From Bacteroidales bacterium (GTDB lineage: Bacteria > Bacteroidota > Bacteroidia > Bacteroidales > ML635J-15), in assembly GCA_049975305.1 (NCBI GenBank), contig JBNGDT010000003.1, positions 1 to 45,188 of the forward strand: a stretch of DNA of 45,188 nt, read 5' to 3'. The position numbers were made by a program, and so were the translations under genes. Below, piece after piece: positions 20,431 through 31,661 of this stretch (positions are counted from its first letter, which is position 1; each line of letters opens with the position of its first letter). The notes beneath the pieces were generated by a model, which was not told the origin of the DNA, did not search any database, and saw nothing but the letters and a program-made list of their open reading frames with translations.

Positions 20431-23400
20431 ATGGCTTTCAACAAAGACAAGAAAGTTACCAGTAACTTTGACAAATTATCCATCAGTTTGGCTTCACCCG
20501 AAGATATTCTGGATCGCTCAAGTGGTGAAGTTACAAAACCAGAAACAATCAATTACCGGACATACAAACCGGAAAGGGATGGCCTGTTTTGTGAACGCAT
20601 TTTTGGACCAGTAAAAGATTTTGAATGTCACTGTGGTAAATACAAAGGAATCCGCTATAAGGGAATTGTATGCGATCGCTGTGGTGTGGAAGTAACCGAG
20701 AAAAAAGTGCGACGGGAGCGTATGGGGCATATTAAACTCGAAGTTCCTGTGGCTCACATCTGGTATTTCCGTTCTTTGCCAAACAAAATTGGTTATTTGC
20801 TTGGCTTGCCTACCAAAAAATTGGATTCCATCATATACTATGAGAAATATGTGGTTATCCAGCCCGGGGTTAAAGAAAAAGATGATTTAAAGCCTCTTAC
20901 CTTTTTAACAGAAGAAGAGTACCTTGATATTATAGATACCCTGCCACAAGGAAATCAGTCGCTTGATGATGATGACCAAAATAAGTTTATCGCTAAAATG
21001 GGTGCTGAAGCAGTTTTTGATCTTTTGTCCAGGATTGACCTTGATGATCTGTCTTTCAGTTTAAGAGACAAAGCCAATAAGGAAACATCCCAGCAACGAA
21101 AAAATGAAGCACTCAAAAGACTGAATGTGGTTGAAGCATTCAGGGCATCTAAAGAAAAAAACAGACCTGAATGGATGGTTATAAAGGTTATTCCCATTAT
21201 CCCTCCTGAACTCAGACCACTCGTGCCCCTTGATGGTGGCAGGTTTGCTACTTCAGACCTTAATGATCTTTACCGACGCGTAATCATCAGAAACAACAGG
21301 CTTAAACGCCTTATGATTATAAAAGCACCGGAAGTTATTTTGCGTAATGAAAAACGTATGCTCCAAGAATCGGTTGATAGCCTTTTTGATAATTCACGTA
21401 AATCCAACGCCGTTACGACAGATGCCAACAGACCATTGAAATCCCTTAGCGACAGCCTGAAAGGAAAACAAGGCCGTTTCCGTCAAAACCTGCTTGGAAA
21501 ACGTGTCGATTATTCAGCTCGTTCTGTGATTGTTGTCGGCCCTGAATTGAAACTCCATGAATGTGGTTTGCCAAAAGATATGGCAGCTGAACTTTATAAA
21601 CCCTTTGTAATCAGAAAGTTGATTGAAAGGGGCATTGTAAAAACTGTGAAATCTGCCAAAAAAATTGTTGACCGCAAAGACCCCGTAATCTGGGATATAC
21701 TGGAAAATGTATTGAAAGGACATCCTGTAATGCTTAACCGTGCACCAACACTGCACCGGCTTGGTATTCAGGCATTTCAACCAAAATTGATTGAGGGGAA
21801 AGCCATTCAGCTTCATCCCCTTGCATGTACAGCATTTAATGCTGACTTTGATGGCGACCAGATGGCTGTTCATCTTCCACTAAGCAATGCAGCCATCCTG
21901 GAAGCTCAGATACTGATGCTGGCTTCTCACAATATTCTTAATCCGGCCAATGGAGCTCCGATTACCGTGCCATCTCAGGATATGGTTCTTGGATTATACT
22001 ACATTACAAAAGGACGAAAAGGCTCCAAAGGTGAAGGTCTGACTTTTTACTCCCCCGAAGAAGTAAAAATCGCCTATAATGAAAAGAAAATTGAACTCAG
22101 TTCCTTCATAAAAGTACGAGTGGATGTTCTCAATGATGATGGAAAACTAGTTAAGAAAATTATTGAAACCACAACCGGACGAGTATTGTTTAATGATATT
22201 GTTCCGAAAGAAGTTGGGTTTATCAATGAATTGCTGACCAAAAAATCGGTGCGCAGGATCATTGCTAATGTCCTGGATAAAACAAATACAGCTGTCACTG
22301 CTGACTTCCTAGATGATATTAAGCACATGGGATTCAACATGGCTTATAAGGGAGGACTTTCGTTTAACCTTGATGATGTTATTATCCCTGATGAAAAAGA
22401 AAGTATGATCCAGGAAGGTTATCAACAGGTTGATGAAGTGCTCAACAATTACAACATGGGTTTCATCACCAACAATGAAAGGTATAATCAGATAATTGAT
22501 ATCTGGACGCATACAAATTCAAAACTTACCCAGTTGGTTATGAATAACCTGTCAAAAGACAACAATGGTTTTAATCCTGTTTATATGATGCTGGATTCAG
22601 GAGCCCGTGGATCCAAAGAGCAGATCCGTCAGTTATGCGGTATGCGTGGCTTGATGGCTAAACCTCAAAAATCGGCTGGTGCCGGACAACAAATTATTGA
22701 AAATCCAATCCTCGCTAATTTTAAAGAAGGATTATCTGTTCTTGAATATTTTATTTCAACACATGGTGCTCGTAAAGGTCTTGCTGATACTGCCCTCAAA
22801 ACGGCTGATGCAGGTTACCTGACAAGACGACTTGTTGATGTTTGCCAGGATGTGGTTATATCAGAAAGAGATTGCGGTACCTTGAGAGGCATTGTAGCTA
22901 CAGCCATCAAAAAAAACGAAGAAATTGTAGAGTCTCTTTATGAACGTATCCTTGGTCGTACCACAGTTCATGATGTTTACCATCCTCAGAGCGGAGAGCT
23001 TATCATTAAATCAGGTGAACAAATTACCGAAAAAATTGCTAAAACCATTGAAGACTCTCCCATCGAAGAAGTGGAAATCCGGTCAGTACTGACTTGTGAA
23101 TCAAGGCGTGGTGTCTGTGCAAAATGTTATGGCCGTAACCTGGCTACTGCAAGGATGGTTCAAAAAGGGGAGGCTGTTGGTGTGATTGCTGCCCAGTCAA
23201 TTGGAGAACCCGGAACCCAGCTTACATTGAGAACATTCCATGTTGGTGGTGTAGCTGGTAACATTGCAGCAGAATCATCCATTATTGCCAAATATGATGG
23301 ACGCCTTGAATTAGAAGAATTACGTACCGTAACTTACAAAAGAGAAGGTGAAGATGATGTGGATATTGTTGTCGGACGTATGGCTGAAATGAAAATTGTT

Positions 23401-24732
23401 GATGACAATACAGGGATAAAACTCATGACAAATAACATCCCTTATGGTGCTAAATTGTATGTTAAGAACAATCAAAAAATTGAAAAAGGCACAAAAATAT
23501 GTGAATGGGACCCGTTTAATGCTATTATTGTTTGCGAAATGAACGGTATCGCAAGATTCGATAATCTGATCGAAGGCATCACCTATCAGGAAGATTCTGA
23601 TGAACAAACCGGGTTCAGAGAAAAAGTAATCATCGAAACGAAAGATAAGAAAAAGAATCCCGAGCTTGCTGTTGTATCTGAAAGAGATAAAAATAAGGTA
23701 CTTAAAATTTATAACCTGCCGGTTGGAGCTCATCTTTCCGTAAATGAAGGCGATAAACTCATTGCCGGACAAACCATCGCAAAAATACCAAGGAATGTAA
23801 GCAAGGGTGGTGATATTACTGGTGGTTTGCCACGTGTAACTGAGCTTTTTGAAGCTCGTAACCCATCTAATCCGGCAGTAGTTTCCGAAATTAACGGGCA
23901 GGTCGGATTTGGTAAAATCAAACGTGGTAACCGTGAGATTATCGTTACTTCAAAAGACGGTGATGTGAAAAAATACCTTGTTCCGCTGACAAAACAAATC
24001 CTTGTTCAGGAAGGTGATTACATCAGGGCAGGTACCTCCTTGTCTGATGGTGTAATTACCCCGTCCGAAATCCTTAATATCGAAGGCCCTACCAAAGTTC
24101 AGGAATATATTGTCAACGAAGTACAGGAAGTGTACAGGTTACAGGGTGTGAAAATCAATGATAAGCATTTTGAAGTGGTAGTCAGGCAAATGATGCGTAA
24201 AGTTATTATTGAAGACCCTGGTGATACACAATTCCTTGAAAAACAAATTGTTGATAAATGGAATTTCCGTGAAGTTAACGATAAAATTTACGGTATGCAG
24301 GTAATCGAAGATAAAGGTGATTCAGCTAACCTGAAAGCAGGTCAAATAATTACTGCCCGCAGGCTTCGTGATGAAAATTCACACCTCAAACGGCTGGATC
24401 TTAAGATTGTCCGGGCCAGACCGGCTGTCCCTGCAACATCACGCCAGGCACTTCAGGGAATTACACGTGCTGCACTGCAAACAGAGAGTTTTATGTCGGC
24501 AGCTTCATTCCAGGAAACCAACAAAGTACTCAACGAAGCAGCCATCAATGGTAAAGTTGATCCGTTGCTCGGATTGAAAGAAAATGTGATTGTTGGTCAT
24601 TTGATTCCTGCTGGTACAGGGTTGAGAGAATATGACAAAATCCTTGTGGGTAATAAATTAGAATTGCAAAAACTGCAGGAAAGCAGTGGAACAACAGAGG
24701 ATGATTCCGATAATAATGTCGAATCAACCTAA
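20431..24732 (+). CDS. rpoC: DNA-directed RNA polymerase subunit beta'
   Basis: 1433 aa. Zn-finger [23 protein letters not shown] and catalytic [12 protein letters not shown]. Confidence 0.99.
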   Translation: MAFNKDKKVTSNFDKLSISLASPEDILDRSSGEVTKPETINYRTYKPERDGLFCERIFGPVKDFECHCGKYKGIRYKGIVCDRCGVEVTEKKVRRERMGHIKLEVPVAHIWYFRSLPNKIGYLLGLPTKKLDSIIYYEKYVVIQPGVKEKDDLKPLTFLTEEEYLDIIDTLPQGNQSLDDDDQNKFIAKMGAEAVFDLLSRIDLDDLSFSLRDKANKETSQQRKNEALKRLNVVEAFRASKEKNRPEWMVIKVIPIIPPELRPLVPLDGGRFATSDLNDLYRRVIIRNNRLKRLMIIKAPEVILRNEKRMLQESVDSLFDNSRKSNAVTTDANRPLKSLSDSLKGKQGRFRQNLLGKRVDYSARSVIVVGPELKLHECGLPKDMAAELYKPFVIRKLIERGIVKTVKSAKKIVDRKDPVIWDILENVLKGHPVMLNRAPTLHRLGIQAFQPKLIEGKAIQLHPLACTAFNADFDGDQMAVHLPLSNAAILEAQILMLASHNILNPANGAPITVPSQDMVLGLYYITKGRKGSKGEGLTFYSPEEVKIAYNEKKIELSSFIKVRVDVLNDDGKLVKKIIETTTGRVLFNDIVPKEVGFINELLTKKSVRRIIANVLDKTNTAVTADFLDDIKHMGFNMAYKGGLSFNLDDVIIPDEKESMIQEGYQQVDEVLNNYNMGFITNNERYNQIIDIWTHTNSKLTQLVMNNLSKDNNGFNPVYMMLDSGARGSKEQIRQLCGMRGLMAKPQKSAGAGQQIIENPILANFKEGLSVLEYFISTHGARKGLADTALKTADAGYLTRRLVDVCQDVVISERDCGTLRGIVATAIKKNEEIVESLYERILGRTTVHDVYHPQSGELIIKSGEQITEKIAKTIEDSPIEEVEIRSVLTCESRRGVCAKCYGRNLATARMVQKGEAVGVIAAQSIGEPGTQLTLRTFHVGGVAGNIAAESSIIAKYDGRLELEELRTVTYKREGEDDVDIVVGRMAEMKIVDDNTGIKLMTNNIPYGAKLYVKNNQKIEKGTKICEWDPFNAIIVCEMNGIARFDNLIEGITYQEDSDEQTGFREKVIIETKDKKKNPELAVVSERDKNKVLKIYNLPVGAHLSVNEGDKLIAGQTIAKIPRNVSKGGDITGGLPRVTELFEARNPSNPAVVSEINGQVGFGKIKRGNREIIVTSKDGDVKKYLVPLTKQILVQEGDYIRAGTSLSDGVITPSEILNIEGPTKVQEYIVNEVQEVYRLQGVKINDKHFEVVVRQMMRKVIIEDPGDTQFLEKQIVDKWNFREVNDKIYGMQVIEDKGDSANLKAGQIITARRLRDENSHLKRLDLKIVRARPAVPATSRQALQGITRAALQTESFMSAASFQETNKVLNEAAINGKVDPLLGLKENVIVGHLIPAGTGLREYDKILVGNKLELQKLQESSGTTEDDSDNNVEST

Positions 24733-24876
24733 ACGTGCCCCGTTTAAGATAAGTTGTATAAAAAGGTTAATTGTTTATATGGGGAAAAGGTATTTAAAAT
24801 TGAATGATGTTAAAGCATAATAATTTTAAGCGGTGTGTGAATGCTTCCAAATAATCTTTTAAAACAAAAATACATT

Positions 24877-25200
24877 ATGGAACAGCAACAGGACAAAAAT
24901 AAACAGTTGAATATTGAGGTGGATGATAAAATAGCACAGGGAACTTATGCCAATCTGGCAATTATTTCACATTCAGTCTCAGAATTTATTGTCGATTTTA
25001 TACGTATCATGCCTGGTGTTCCAAAAGCACCTGTAAAATCCAGGATTATACTTACACCAGAGCATGCCAAACGATTGATGATTGCCCTTCAGGGGAACAT
25101 CAAAAAATACGAGAGTGTGCATGGTGAAGTTAAGATCAAAGGCGGACACACCCCACCAAATATGCCTATGAATTTTGGTGGCCCCACTGCTGAAGCTTAA
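24877..25200 (+). CDS. DUF3467 domain-containing protein
   Basis: ..QGTYANLAIISHSVSEFIVDFIRIMPG..AKRL.. resembles the small DUF3467 family that commonly follows rpoC in Bacteroidota. I preferred the ATG at 24877 (MEQQQD..). Confidence 0.7.
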   Translation: MEQQQDKNKQLNIEVDDKIAQGTYANLAIISHSVSEFIVDFIRIMPGVPKAPVKSRIILTPEHAKRLMIALQGNIKKYESVHGEVKIKGGHTPPNMPMNFGGPTAEA

Positions 25201-25205
25201 TTTTC

Positions 25206-27059
25206 TTATTTATTTATATTCATACGTTCCAGAAACTGGTGCAGTACAATCAATAACCAAAGACGGTTATAAAGGTAATCTGTGCCATTCATGTAGTTGT
25301 CAATCATTTCTTTTACTGGTGGGTAATTAATGACGTTGTGTTTTTCTATCACATCCTTTGACAGATAATCTTTAATCAGGTAACTGTGTTCATTACGTAA
25401 CCATTCTTTTAATGGCAGGGCAAATCCGGATTTTGGCCTGTCAAATAATGATGCGGGAACATATTGAAATAAAATCTCTTTTAACAGGTATTTTTTAGTG
25501 TTTCGGTGTACTTTGAGTTTGGGGTCCAGGTTGAGTGCAAATTCAACAATGCGATGATCCAGTAAGGGGACTCTTGCTTCAAGGCTGTATCGCATACTGG
25601 CCCGGTCCAGTTTTACCAGCAGGTCATCTTTCAGGTAATACCGCAAGTCAAAAACAGCCTGATTTTCACCGGGAGATAAATTCCTGACAAAATAACTGTG
25701 ATCTTCCTGCAGGTTGATTTCTTCAGTAAAGTTATTAACCAGTATTTTTTCAATTTCTGCTCTGCTGAAAAAATATTGTTCCTGCGAAAATATGTGGGAT
25801 TTTAATTTGGATTTTTGATCGAAATCAAACAAATGTGAAACCCGTTGATAACGGTTTGACATTTTGGATAATCCGTATTTAATGGGGTGTCTCATTCCTC
25901 TTAACAAAGGGTTCGAAAGCCGCTTTGCCCAAGTGTATGCACCGTACCCATGAAACAGTTCATCTCCACCATCACCCGACAAAACAACACTGACATTTTT
26001 TTTGGCAAATTTGGATAACAACATGGTGGGTATTGCTGATGAATTAGCGTAAGGCTCATCATAATAATTCAAAATATCCGGAATGATATCACGGGCTTCA
26101 TCTTTGGATACAATATGTTCATGATGATTTGTTCCTAAATGTTTAGCCACTTTTCTGGCATATTCAGCTTCATTATACTTATTTTCCTTAAACCCAATTG
26201 AAAAGGTATTTAGTTTCCCTTTTGTGTGTTTTTGGGCAAATGCTGTGACCAGGCTTGAATCTATGCCTCCGCTTAACAAGCTTCCAAAAGGTACATCACT
26301 GATCAGCCGTGATTCAACAGAATCATCTATCAGTTCTGTTAATCTGCTTTTAGCATCTTTGTAATTATCAATCAAATTTCGGCGGATGGCTCCTTCAATC
26401 ATCCAGTATGCTTCGATACGAAGTCCGTTTTTATCCATGATACCCAAATGCCCGGAGGGAAATTTTCTGATTTTACGGTAAATTGTATTCGGCTCCGGGA
26501 TGTAGCCAAGGTGTAGATATTCATTGACAGCCATACTGTTGATGGTCAGATTTTGCTTTATGTTGTTTACCTGCAGTAAAGCCTTTAATTCAGATGCAAA
26601 CACAAAATGATCACCATCCCAGTAGTAATACAGAGGTTTTATACCGACTCTGTCCCGGAACAAATACAATACTTTTTCCTGTTTATCGTAAATGGCAAGG
26701 GCAAACATCCCGTTCAGTTTATTGACAAAGGTTACGCCCCATTCTTCAAACGCTTCAATTATGACTTCAGTATCACAACGTGTCCTGAAAGCAATATCCA
26801 ATTCTGCCGCAATATCCCTGAAATTATATACCTCTCCGTTATATACACAGATATAACGCCTTGAGTGAGATTCCATGGGTTGATTGGCATTGTCAGACAA
26901 ATCCAGGATACTCAGACGTTTGTGTGCAAAACCGCCATGACTGTCACAATAAAACCCTTCAGCATCAGGTCCCCTGTGTTTCATTGATTCTGCCATAAGG
27001 TGCAATTCCTTCTCAGAAACAAACGAGTCAGATGCATAATATCCAGCTATTCCGCACAT
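25206..27059 (-). CDS. asnB: Asparagine synthase (glutamine-hydrolysing)
   Basis: The N-terminal nucleophile MCGIAGYY is at the ATG at 27059; the ORF-track start at 27101 adds a non-conserved extension. PP-loop SGGIDSS also present. Confidence 0.9.
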   Translation of the reverse strand: MCGIAGYYASDSFVSEKELHLMAESMKHRGPDAEGFYCDSHGGFAHKRLSILDLSDNANQPMESHSRRYICVYNGEVYNFRDIAAELDIAFRTRCDTEVIIEAFEEWGVTFVNKLNGMFALAIYDKQEKVLYLFRDRVGIKPLYYYWDGDHFVFASELKALLQVNNIKQNLTINSMAVNEYLHLGYIPEPNTIYRKIRKFPSGHLGIMDKNGLRIEAYWMIEGAIRRNLIDNYKDAKSRLTELIDDSVESRLISDVPFGSLLSGGIDSSLVTAFAQKHTKGKLNTFSIGFKENKYNEAEYARKVAKHLGTNHHEHIVSKDEARDIIPDILNYYDEPYANSSAIPTMLLSKFAKKNVSVVLSGDGGDELFHGYGAYTWAKRLSNPLLRGMRHPIKYGLSKMSNRYQRVSHLFDFDQKSKLKSHIFSQEQYFFSRAEIEKILVNNFTEEINLQEDHSYFVRNLSPGENQAVFDLRYYLKDDLLVKLDRASMRYSLEARVPLLDHRIVEFALNLDPKLKVHRNTKKYLLKEILFQYVPASLFDRPKSGFALPLKEWLRNEHSYLIKDYLSKDVIEKHNVINYPPVKEMIDNYMNGTDYLYNRLWLLIVLHQFLERMNINK

Positions 27060-27121
27060 AATTACTTTTTCTTGATGAACAAAAAATATCGCATCATGCA
27101 AACATGAAAAACCATTTTATA

Positions 27122-27841
27122 TCAGGATCTTTGTAATTGCCGTTTGTACATTTGAATGGTGTTTTCCAGTCCGTAATACAAAGCATCACAAATCAATGCA
27201 TGACCAATGGAGACTTCAGCCAAATCCGGTATGTTTGCATTGAAAAAAGCCAGGTTATAAAGATTCAGGTCGTGCCCTGCGTTGATGCCCAGCCCAAGTT
27301 GGGATGCAATTATAGCTGCTTCTATATATGGTCTGACAGCATGTTCTTTGTCATTATGATAGTTGACAGCATAGGCCTCAGTGTATAATTCTATCCTGTC
27401 GGTTCCTGTTTTTGCAGCGTAAGTAATCATATCAGGATCGGCATCTACAAAAATAGAAATTCTGCAGCCAAACGGTTTTAGATGCCTGATGATTTCAGTT
27501 AGAAAATCAACATTTTCTTTGGTATTCCAACCGGTATTGGATGTTAGGGTCTCCGGAGTGTCCGGAACCAGGGTTACCTGATCTGGCCTTACCTCATTAA
27601 TCAATTGCAAAAATGTTTCAGAAGGATATCCTTCAATATTGAATTCCGTTTGTAGCTTCGGACGGATAGCAACGACATCGCTTTTTCGGATATGCCTTTC
27701 ATCAGGCCGGGGATGAACTGTAATTCCATCTGCTCCGTAAGCTTCACAACGGACAGAAGCCTCCAATACGTCAGGAATATTTCCACCTCTTGCATTTCTC
27801 AATGTGGCTATTTTATCGATGTTGACACTTAATCTTGTCAT
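27122..27841 (-). CDS. pdxJ: Pyridoxine 5'-phosphate synthase
   Basis: [39 protein letters not shown].. is typical of PdxJ. Length 239 aa. Confidence 0.94.
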   Translation of the reverse strand: MTRLSVNIDKIATLRNARGGNIPDVLEASVRCEAYGADGITVHPRPDERHIRKSDVVAIRPKLQTEFNIEGYPSETFLQLINEVRPDQVTLVPDTPETLTSNTGWNTKENVDFLTEIIRHLKPFGCRISIFVDADPDMITYAAKTGTDRIELYTEAYAVNYHNDKEHAVRPYIEAAIIASQLGLGINAGHDLNLYNLAFFNANIPDLAEVSIGHALICDALYYGLENTIQMYKRQLQRS

Positions 27842-27858
27842 TTTTTGTATTTTTCTTG

Positions 27859-27866
27859 CAAATATA
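27859..27866 (-). promoter_or_regulatory. -7 box candidate (TAnnTTTG) for pdxJ
   Basis: The plus-strand CAAATATA is TATATTTG on the minus strand, 18 nt upstream of the pdxJ ATG. I did not identify a clear -33 TTTG. Confidence 0.3.
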
Positions 27867-27913
27867 TATTATCTTTATCAATAATAGAATTTTAACCTTG
27901 AAAATAAAATTTT

Positions 27914-28582
27914 ATGTATGCTAATGAACTCATTTCTCCACTGATCCCGGAAGTTAAAACCTCTGACACAGGGAATAAAGTGCTGTCATGGATGGAATTT
28001 TTCAAAGTATCTCACATGCCCATTGTAAACAATGAAGATTTACTAGGCCTGATATCTGAATCTGATATTTATAATCTGAATTGTGGAGAAGAACCCATCG
28101 GAAATCATAAGTTGAGTTTAATAAGGCCATATGTGATTGAATATCAACACATCTGGGAAGTGGTTGATTTGGCAGCCAAGCTTAAACTCAGTATTATACC
28201 CGTCCTTTCAGCAACATCAAAAAAATATCTTGGCGCCATTACATTACCCGATTTGGTTCAGCATTTTGCCAAGATTACATGCGCTGATGAAAGAGGCACC
28301 GTGTTGGTACTGGAAATGGGGTTACATGATTATGTGCTGAGTGAAATCGCAAGAATTGCAGAAGAAAACGACACCAAAATTGTGAGCCTTTATGTTTCCG
28401 GCACAAAAGACAGCATGAAAATCTATGTTACCATTAAATTTGATACTGCCGATATCAATCCAATCATTCATAGTTTTAATCGTTATGACTATAACATCAA
28501 AGCTTCATTTATGATTAATGATGATGTAAATTCATTGTACAGAGATAGATATGAGTTGTTTTTAAGTTATTTAAACGTTTAA
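27914..28582 (+). CDS. CBS domain-containing protein
   Basis: CBS-pair-like segments (..VSHMPIVNNEDLLGLISESDI.., ..LSIIPVLSATSKKYLGAITLPDLV..). The pdxJ / CBS / nadK neighbourhood is common in Bacteroidota. Confidence 0.7.
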   Translation: MYANELISPLIPEVKTSDTGNKVLSWMEFFKVSHMPIVNNEDLLGLISESDIYNLNCGEEPIGNHKLSLIRPYVIEYQHIWEVVDLAAKLKLSIIPVLSATSKKYLGAITLPDLVQHFAKITCADERGTVLVLEMGLHDYVLSEIARIAEENDTKIVSLYVSGTKDSMKIYVTIKFDTADINPIIHSFNRYDYNIKASFMINDDVNSLYRDRYELFLSYLNV

Positions 28583-29013
28583 TGTCCCTTTATATCGTTG
28601 AGCAAAAGACGCTTCCTTATCATTTGACAGGGATATTGGGATACGACTACTATCCTCGTGGATTTGAATACTATACTATTCACGGAACAGGTTTGATGAA
28701 TATCAATCAGACATTCAGGTATAAGTTGTTTTCCCGGGAAATAGTGAACATCCCGTTTATTCAGGTAAACGCTTTCGATGAATAGTATTACAATATTTAT
28801 TTATATGCATTTTGGGACAATGCCAAATCATGGTATGCTAAAAACTATGGCCCCGAAAATGAATTGCCTGGTGGCATTTTGACAAGTACATGGGCAGGTA
28901 TTGAATGTCATACTTATTATGACTGGAGTTTTGGATGCCATGTTGCCTTTACAAATCACAATGCTTTTGGTATATTTGTATGGTTTTATTCACCACTGTA
29001 TAAAATTTATTGA
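28582..29013 (+). pseudogene. Reading frame of about 143 codons interrupted by one in-frame TAG (28783-28785): pseudogene or readthrough candidate
   Basis: The ATG at 28582 overlaps the CBS stop (TAATG). The 67-aa ORF in the track ends at TAG. The same frame then stays open for 75 more codons (YYNIYLYAFWDNAKSWYAKNYGPENELPGGILTSTWAGIECHTYYDWSFGCHVAFTNHNAFGIFVWFYSPLYKIY) to the TGA at 29011-29013, 4 nt before the nadK ATG. Confidence 0.5.
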
Positions 29014-29017
29014 TCTT

Positions 29018-29902
29018 ATGAAAATTGCAATTTATGGCCGGCGTTTTAATCAATCCTTCAATGGAAGTATCATTCAAATATTTGAGATGCTAAAAAAAAA
29101 TAAGATTAAATTCTATATTTACAAGCCTTTAGCTACCTTTATCAAGGAAAAACTGGCTTATGAGACTGACTGTGAAGGATTATTTAATCTCCCGGCAGAC
29201 GACTGGAATGATATTGATATGGTGTTTTCAATTGGTGGTGATGGCACTTTTCTTGAAACCGTAAACATGATCAAACACAAAGGCATACCCATACTGGGTA
29301 TCAACAGTGGCAGGCTTGGATTTTTGTCATACGTTTCAAGAGAAGAAATTCCTATTGCGCTTGAACAGGTTTTAAAAGGAGAATATACACTCGAACAACG
29401 TTCTCTACTGAAAGTGAATACCGAAATGAATGATTTTGGGGATAATAATTTCGCACTCAATGAAGCTACCCTGCAAAAATACGTTAGTGCGTCTATGATA
29501 AAAATAAATGCGTTTTATAATGATGAATTAATCAATACCTATTGGTCAGACGGCCTTATAGTGAGTACTCCTACAGGTAGTTCTGCTTATTCTTTGAGTT
29601 GCGGCGGCCCCATTGTGCATCCCAACAGCAACAATTTTGTTATTACGCCTATTGCTCCGCACAATTTAACTGTTCGCCCCTTGGTGATTTCTGACGAGGG
29701 AACGATTACATTAAAACTTGAAGGCATACAAAAATCTGTAAAACTCAGTCTTGATTACAGGTCAGTGCACAGAACGTTTTTGGAAGAGATTGTTATTAAT
29801 AAAGCAGATTTTTCTATTAATCTTGTAAAATTATTTAATAATAATTATTTTAGCACTTTACAAAAAAAACTGATGTGGGGTGTGGACATGCGAAATTATT
29901 AA
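29018..29902 (+). CDS. nadK: NAD+ kinase
   Basis: MKIAIYGRRF.., GGDGTFL, and ..NEATLQK..DGLIVSTPTGSSAYSLSCGGPIV.P.. motifs. I preferred the ATG at 29018 over the ORF-track start at 28901. Confidence 0.92.
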   Translation: MKIAIYGRRFNQSFNGSIIQIFEMLKKNKIKFYIYKPLATFIKEKLAYETDCEGLFNLPADDWNDIDMVFSIGGDGTFLETVNMIKHKGIPILGINSGRLGFLSYVSREEIPIALEQVLKGEYTLEQRSLLKVNTEMNDFGDNNFALNEATLQKYVSASMIKINAFYNDELINTYWSDGLIVSTPTGSSAYSLSCGGPIVHPNSNNFVITPIAPHNLTVRPLVISDEGTITLKLEGIQKSVKLSLDYRSVHRTFLEEIVINKADFSINLVKLFNNNYFSTLQKKLMWGVDMRNY

Positions 29903-29940
29903 TATCTTTACATTCAGTTAGTAAAGTTTTTTAAAAACAT

Positions 29941-30840
29941 ATGAATATGACGATAAAACGACTATTCATCGTACACGTTTTATTGGGTTTATTTGCAGGT
30001 ACAGTGAATGCTCAATATGGCTCACAGTGGCGTAAATTTAGACAGGAAGTCTTTTTAGGCATCGGGGGAACTGGTTTCCTTGGCGAGCTTGGTGGCGCTG
30101 ATCAGGAAGGCACTCATTTTGTCAGAGATTATGAAATATCATATACACGCCCCCTGTTTTATGCCGGATACAGATATAAACTGAGTGAGTCATTTTCCGT
30201 AAAGGGCACTGGTGCCTTTGGGTGGGTATATGGTGATGATGCAACAACAAATGAAATTCACAGGCGTGCAAGAAACCTGTCTTTCCGTTCTCCAATTGCT
30301 GAAGTTGGTGCGCATATTGAATATCATATTCTTAAAGAACAATTCGGACACAGATATGATTTGCGACGCAACCGGGGTCAGAAAAATTCACCGAGCTTAT
30401 ATGTTTTTACCGGAATTAATGGTTTTTGGTTTAACCCCAAAGGGCAATATACCGATGGAGAATGGTACGCACTGCAGCCACTTGGAACTGAAGGACAGGG
30501 GCGCGTTTCTACCCGCGAACCCTTTCATCGGATTTCATGGTCTGTTCCCATTGGGTTTGGTATGAATTATTTACTTGACCGAAACTGGGGAATTGGTTTT
30601 GAATTGGGTGCACGATATACAGGAACTGATTACATTGATGATGTGAGCACAACTTACGTAGATCCCAATCTTTTTGATGATCCTATAGCCAGGTTTTTTG
30701 CTGATAGATCGGACGACTGGTATGGAGCAGCAGTTTATAACCAGCGTGGTGATTCAAATTATAATGATGCTTATTCGTTTTTTACCCTTAATGTGTCTTA
30801 TAAATTACGCCCCAAAGGACCAAGTATTCCAAAGTTCTGA
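29941..30840 (+). CDS. Outer-membrane beta-barrel protein (DUF6089-like)
   Basis: Signal peptide ..LFAGTVNAQ, alternating beta-strand pattern, and a C-terminal aromatic residue (..IPKF). Its position upstream of uppS-bamA matches a conserved Bacteroidota gene pair. The family name is from memory. Confidence 0.6.
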   Translation: MNMTIKRLFIVHVLLGLFAGTVNAQYGSQWRKFRQEVFLGIGGTGFLGELGGADQEGTHFVRDYEISYTRPLFYAGYRYKLSESFSVKGTGAFGWVYGDDATTNEIHRRARNLSFRSPIAEVGAHIEYHILKEQFGHRYDLRRNRGQKNSPSLYVFTGINGFWFNPKGQYTDGEWYALQPLGTEGQGRVSTREPFHRISWSVPIGFGMNYLLDRNWGIGFELGARYTGTDYIDDVSTTYVDPNLFDDPIARFFADRSDDWYGAAVYNQRGDSNYNDAYSFFTLNVSYKLRPKGPSIPKF

Positions 30841-30912
30841 CATTTCCATTTGTGTAATACTATTTTTACGTATTAGCCGTTAGCATAACAATTCTTTTCA
30901 GGAAATTTGCAT

Positions 30913-31650
30913 ATGAATATTATGATGAGAAAGAATAAAATTAAAAAAATTATATGTTATGTGTGCATGAGCTTTGGTTTTACTATTTTTTTATCTCCCC
31001 TCCATGCACAACAAGCAGGGGAAATTGGTATTCATGCCGGAGGATCCTATTATCTCGGTGAGGTAAACTGGGGAAAACCTTTTTATTCACCACGGTTGAA
31101 TGTGGGGGCTTTTTATAAACAACATTTAAATTCCCGTGTAGTTATAAAATATGGAGGACTATATACACACCTTCAGGGATTTGATGAAGATTCCCGTTTT
31201 AGGTATCAAAGACTGCGCGATGCCGGTTTTGCAACAACGCTTTCTGAAATTGCAGCACAGGTAGAATATCATTTCCTTATTTATGAACTGGGAAAAACAA
31301 AAGATAATTTTTATACCCCTTATGTTAACCTTGGGGTTGGTGGTTGTTATGCGTGGGAATCCAACCATGTGTTTTCTGTTGTCATTCCTATGGCAGTAGG
31401 GGTTAAAATGAATCTAACCAGACAGATTGTTGTTGGGGTTGAGTGGGCATTCAGAAAAACATATTCCGATATGCTTGATAATCTAACAGGCGAAGACCTG
31501 GATTTTTATGCTCAAATAAATGTGCCCATAAGTAATACCAACGATGTGAAACAACATGGGTTTATGACAAATGATGATTGGTATTCCTATGCTGCCTTGA
31601 CATTCTCATATAATTTCACTATTGGCTTAGAGTGTCATGCATATTATTAA
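30913..31650 (+). CDS. Outer-membrane beta-barrel protein (paralog of the preceding gene, DUF6089-like)
   Basis: Signal peptide ..FLSPLHAQ. It shares block order with the preceding protein (GGSYYLGE.., ..AQVEYHF.., ..GVGG.., ..VGVEW.FRKTYSD..D..). I chose the ATG at 30913. Confidence 0.6.
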   Translation: MNIMMRKNKIKKIICYVCMSFGFTIFLSPLHAQQAGEIGIHAGGSYYLGEVNWGKPFYSPRLNVGAFYKQHLNSRVVIKYGGLYTHLQGFDEDSRFRYQRLRDAGFATTLSEIAAQVEYHFLIYELGKTKDNFYTPYVNLGVGGCYAWESNHVFSVVIPMAVGVKMNLTRQIVVGVEWAFRKTYSDMLDNLTGEDLDFYAQINVPISNTNDVKQHGFMTNDDWYSYAALTFSYNFTIGLECHAYY

Positions 31651-31661
31651 TTTTGCAGAAA

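Noticed and set aside
16677-24727. Numerous 60-170-aa ORFs inside or antisense to rpoB and rpoC. The same occurs in proS, the S8 protease, bamA, asnB and others.
   Set aside because: They are nested within long, unambiguously conserved genes, and nothing supports overlapping genes.
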